DNA from: Gemmatimonadota bacterium
Lineage (GTDB): Bacteria > JBHIER01 > G020348925
Assembly (NCBI GenBank): GCA_020348925.1
Contig: CP070758.1
Location: forward strand, 3,363,688-3,427,687
DNA: 64,000 nucleotides
Reading direction: 5' to 3'
Part shown: positions 60,837-64,000 of the stretch, piece after piece
Position numbering within the stretch: position 1 is the stretch's first letter
Layout of the letters: every line of letters begins with the position of its first letter
Made by a program: the position numbers and the translations under genes
The notes under the pieces: model-generated
What the model was told of the DNA's origin: nothing
Databases searched by the model: none
Seen by the model: only the letters and a program-made list of their open reading frames with translations

Positions 60837-63728
60837 ATGATCAAATTTCGATACCTTTCTGCTGTCCTGTGCCTGAGTATAGTCATATCAACCGAAACAA
60901 CTGCTCAGCTTGGAGTTCCACCCGGACTCGCATGGCGGACAATGGAAACCGAACATTTTTTCGTTCATTACCCGACGACGCATGCTGCGCTTGCACAGAA
61001 AGTCGCCTTGAAAGCCGAAGGAGTACACGCCCTGTGCACTTCCGTCTTAAGACATGTTCCCTCGGAAAAAACACATATTGTGCTCAGTGATTACAGTGAC
61101 GTATTATTCGGTGCCACCACGTTCGTGTTCTACAATGCCATATACCTTTCACCCACCCAGTGCACATTAGGCATCGGTCATTACGATGATTTTTTAAGTT
61201 TTGTCCTTCTCCATGAATACTGCCATGTCATCGATATGGATATGATTGGCGGCATTCCAGAGATCATCCGAACACTCCTGGGACGACTCTACACTCCGAA
61301 CATGCTTTGTCCAATCTGGATGATCGAGGGCTTCGCAACATTTTTCGAAACGGAACTGACAAATGGCGGACGAGGTATCGATCCCCTCTACGATATGTAC
61401 CTCCGAATGGCCTTTCTGGAAAATAAGGTTCATCATCTCGATCAAAACGGTCCTTACGTAGATACATGGCCGGGAGGAGTGACGCCATATCTTTACGGAG
61501 AATCATTGTATCGGTATATGGCGAAAGAGGATATTGATAAAATTGTTCGCTTTCGCCAGGCCAACAGTGAAAAATTGTGGCCGTTTTCTTTTGAAGGAAA
61601 TCTCTCGTATTATTGGGATGGCTCGATTCAAAGGAAATACGAGCACTGGAAACTTGATCTGCATCAAAAATACGAACGTCAAAAAAGAGAGATTGAGCGG
61701 AAAGGCATAACATCTGTCGAACAGTTGACCAACGTCGGATACGATACGTGGGGACTTGAATGGACCCGGGATGACAAAGAAATCCTGTTCTTCAATAGCA
61801 CCTATGATGCCCACGCATACATTAAAAGTGTCGATGTCCAGTCAAAAGTTGTGAAAACGATGGCTCCGGTAAACGGCCATCTTCCACAACTTTCTTTGGA
61901 TTCTCAGGGGCGGAATTTATATTTCTCGCAATTTGAAATGTACGATAAAAATGCGCTCTACTCGGATGTCTATTGCTTGGAAATGAAGACGAAAAAAGTC
62001 CGTCGCATGACGAAGAAGCACCGTGCCTTTCATCCCAGCGTTGACAGGTTCGGCAACATGGTGTATATAGTTCAGAAACGTGGGCAGACGAATCTCTGTT
62101 TACAAAAAGAAGGGGATGAAGAAGTTGTGTTGATAGAGGGCGCTGATGAGACGTACTTCTTTGCTCCACAATTTTCACCGGAAGGGAATGCGGTTGCGCT
62201 CCCCGTCTGGCAGAGGGGTGGATTGATGGATCTCTGGATATATCAATTTGAGGACAGTTCATTCTTCTCCTTGTGCGAAGATGAAGCGTGGGATATCACG
62301 CCATCCTGGTCACCCGACGGGAGATTTATTCTGTTTTCATCGGATAGAACAGGCGTCTTCAACATTTTTGCCTATCATATTCGCGATGGTGCATTTTTCC
62401 AAATTACGAACGTCGTGGGCGGAGCGTTTTACCCTCGAGTTTCTCATGACGGACAAAAAATTGCCTTCGTCGGTTACCATTCGAATGGATTTGATGTCTC
62501 CGTGATGGACATGCCGGATATTGAAAATCTAACCTCTTTTCGTCTCGAGGACAATGGTGCTCACAAGGGAGATCATTTCGTATACGGTTATAAAAAGAGT
62601 TCATCCGCCTTCATAAAGAATACTTCAATACCAACGATTCTCACTCCTGGTGTCCCAGTGAGGAAATACAACCCGCTTCAAACACTTTTCAAGCCAATTC
62701 GCTTTCCGTTTTTATCTGTCGATGATACGAGCGGTGTTTTGGGAATATTTCTGTTGGGGAAAGATGTGTTGAATCAACATTTTTACACGGTCCTCGCTTC
62801 GTACAGTCTCGGGCACAAGCGTCCGATATACAGCATTGATTATCTCAACTCGCAGTGGTACCCCAATGTCTTATTCCATGCTGAGGATCTCATACTGCCC
62901 CGTGACCTGGATGCTCCGTTGAGAAATGATGACAGCGAATTTTATTGGGAACGCGTTCAAAAGTACGCCATCGGTATTGAATTGCCATTTGTAAAAATTG
63001 ACCGGAAATTTTCTGTCCAAGCAGGACTTGGTCTGTCAAAATATACGGATGCTGAAGGAGAATTTCCGTCGGAAAACAGTCCCTATTTTCAGGGACAATT
63101 GGGTTATTCCTACGGCACTCTTAGATATTCAAGTGCTCGTCGATACCCACGATACATAAGTTATGAAGAGGGTATCTCTGTTGAGACCGGATTCGAACGA
63201 TATGACAAAGCGCTCTCAAGCGATCATACCTTTTCTCTGGGAAAACTGTCGATTCAGAAATATATTCGAGTGCCTGGTACCCGGCATCATGTCCTCTTTA
63301 CAGGGTTCGGTGTCCACTCGACCGATATTCAAAACACAAGAAATTCATTATCGATTTTGTCCAAATCCATCAGAGGATTTGTGGATGTCGACTGGCGAAA
63401 AAGAGCCTATGAGAGTACGCTAGAATATCGCGTGCAACTCATGAATGTCGAAAGGGGCTATGGAACGTGGCCCGTTTATCTGAGACAAATCCATAGTTCA
63501 CTGTTTACAGACTATCTATACTATTTTGATACACAGAGAACTGCGAACGAATTGGCTTCATCTGGAATCGAGCTCTCTGTTGATTTCCTGGTGGGGTACT
63601 TGATCCCAGTGACGCTATCCTTCGGTTACGCGCACCCCTGGAAAGGAGACGACAGCTTCTTTCATTCAAGAGTGTACTGGAACGTCAACCTCAGTCTGGG
63701 AGGTCTGTCTCATGCGTCTTCACGATGA
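60837..63728 (+). CDS. Omp85-family protein with N-terminal zinc-metallopeptidase-like domain and PD40/TolB propeller
   Basis: W.T.ETEHF.VHY; HEYCH…WMIEG.AT; P.WSPDG repeats; C-terminal barrel strands (IRGF, LEYR, S.G.EL). Confidence 0.8.
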   Translation: MIKFRYLSAVLCLSIVISTETTAQLGVPPGLAWRTMETEHFFVHYPTTHAALAQKVALKAEGVHALCTSVLRHVPSEKTHIVLSDYSDVLFGATTFVFYNAIYLSPTQCTLGIGHYDDFLSFVLLHEYCHVIDMDMIGGIPEIIRTLLGRLYTPNMLCPIWMIEGFATFFETELTNGGRGIDPLYDMYLRMAFLENKVHHLDQNGPYVDTWPGGVTPYLYGESLYRYMAKEDIDKIVRFRQANSEKLWPFSFEGNLSYYWDGSIQRKYEHWKLDLHQKYERQKREIERKGITSVEQLTNVGYDTWGLEWTRDDKEILFFNSTYDAHAYIKSVDVQSKVVKTMAPVNGHLPQLSLDSQGRNLYFSQFEMYDKNALYSDVYCLEMKTKKVRRMTKKHRAFHPSVDRFGNMVYIVQKRGQTNLCLQKEGDEEVVLIEGADETYFFAPQFSPEGNAVALPVWQRGGLMDLWIYQFEDSSFFSLCEDEAWDITPSWSPDGRFILFSSDRTGVFNIFAYHIRDGAFFQITNVVGGAFYPRVSHDGQKIAFVGYHSNGFDVSVMDMPDIENLTSFRLEDNGAHKGDHFVYGYKKSSSAFIKNTSIPTILTPGVPVRKYNPLQTLFKPIRFPFLSVDDTSGVLGIFLLGKDVLNQHFYTVLASYSLGHKRPIYSIDYLNSQWYPNVLFHAEDLILPRDLDAPLRNDDSEFYWERVQKYAIGIELPFVKIDRKFSVQAGLGLSKYTDAEGEFPSENSPYFQGQLGYSYGTLRYSSARRYPRYISYEEGISVETGFERYDKALSSDHTFSLGKLSIQKYIRVPGTRHHVLFTGFGVHSTDIQNTRNSLSILSKSIRGFVDVDWRKRAYESTLEYRVQLMNVERGYGTWPVYLRQIHSSLFTDYLYYFDTQRTANELASSGIELSVDFLVGYLIPVTLSFGYAHPWKGDDSFFHSRVYWNVNLSLGGLSHASSR

Positions 63729-64000
63729 TATGTGCAGAGGGTCCGACCGGACGAACAGAAAATGTTTCGTCGCGTGAATTTGTGAGTACAGAGTTCCGTT
63801 TCTTCGGAGTGATTTTCAGCATGGACGGCGCGAAGGCGTGGCCTCAGGAAAGAGAAAAAGAAGCAACAAGAGGGGATTAAGCCTTGATACAACACGATTC
63901 ACAGGAGAGAAAAGGAAAAATCGCCACACGGCATCTTGTAGCGGTTGCTTTCTTTGTGGCATTGACGGCAGTTGGGGCGAAAATAGAGATACCTCTGCCG

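Overview
64-kb scaffold segment from a diderm bacterium, probably FCB-group (KSB1/Calditrichota/Zixibacteria-like; inferred from a T9SS/FlgD-type C-terminal domain, dockerin tails, TonB-dependent receptors and Omp85 proteins). Two 100-N gaps (10478-10577, 58124-58223) mean synteny across them is unproven. Housekeeping or envelope genes include tyrS, two Omp85-family proteins, lpoB with a COG3014 lipoprotein, msrAB, prolyl oligopeptidase and an M3/dcp peptidase. The rest is accessory: secreted repeat proteins, a hicBA + MNT/(truncated HEPN) toxin-antitoxin cassette between 61-bp direct repeats, a diguanylate cyclase, an ECF sigma/anti-sigma/DUF4097 locus, an ABC exporter, and several pseudogenes and REP/MITE-like repeats. 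The best candidate for a new system is a TonB receptor-MarR-HsmA-like operon with a perfect palindromic operator over its -10 box, a putative heme uptake/sensing module. Other highlights: divergent sigma54-type promoters driving a VWA-TM-FHA/FHA operon and a large membrane protein; a metzincin split by one in-frame TAG; a hidden GNAT fold in a 561-aa hypothetical protein; and a Dcp whose third zinc ligand is E->K. I saw no rRNA, tRNA, CRISPR array, integrase, transposase or reverse transcriptase. All family calls come from motif recognition, not database searches.
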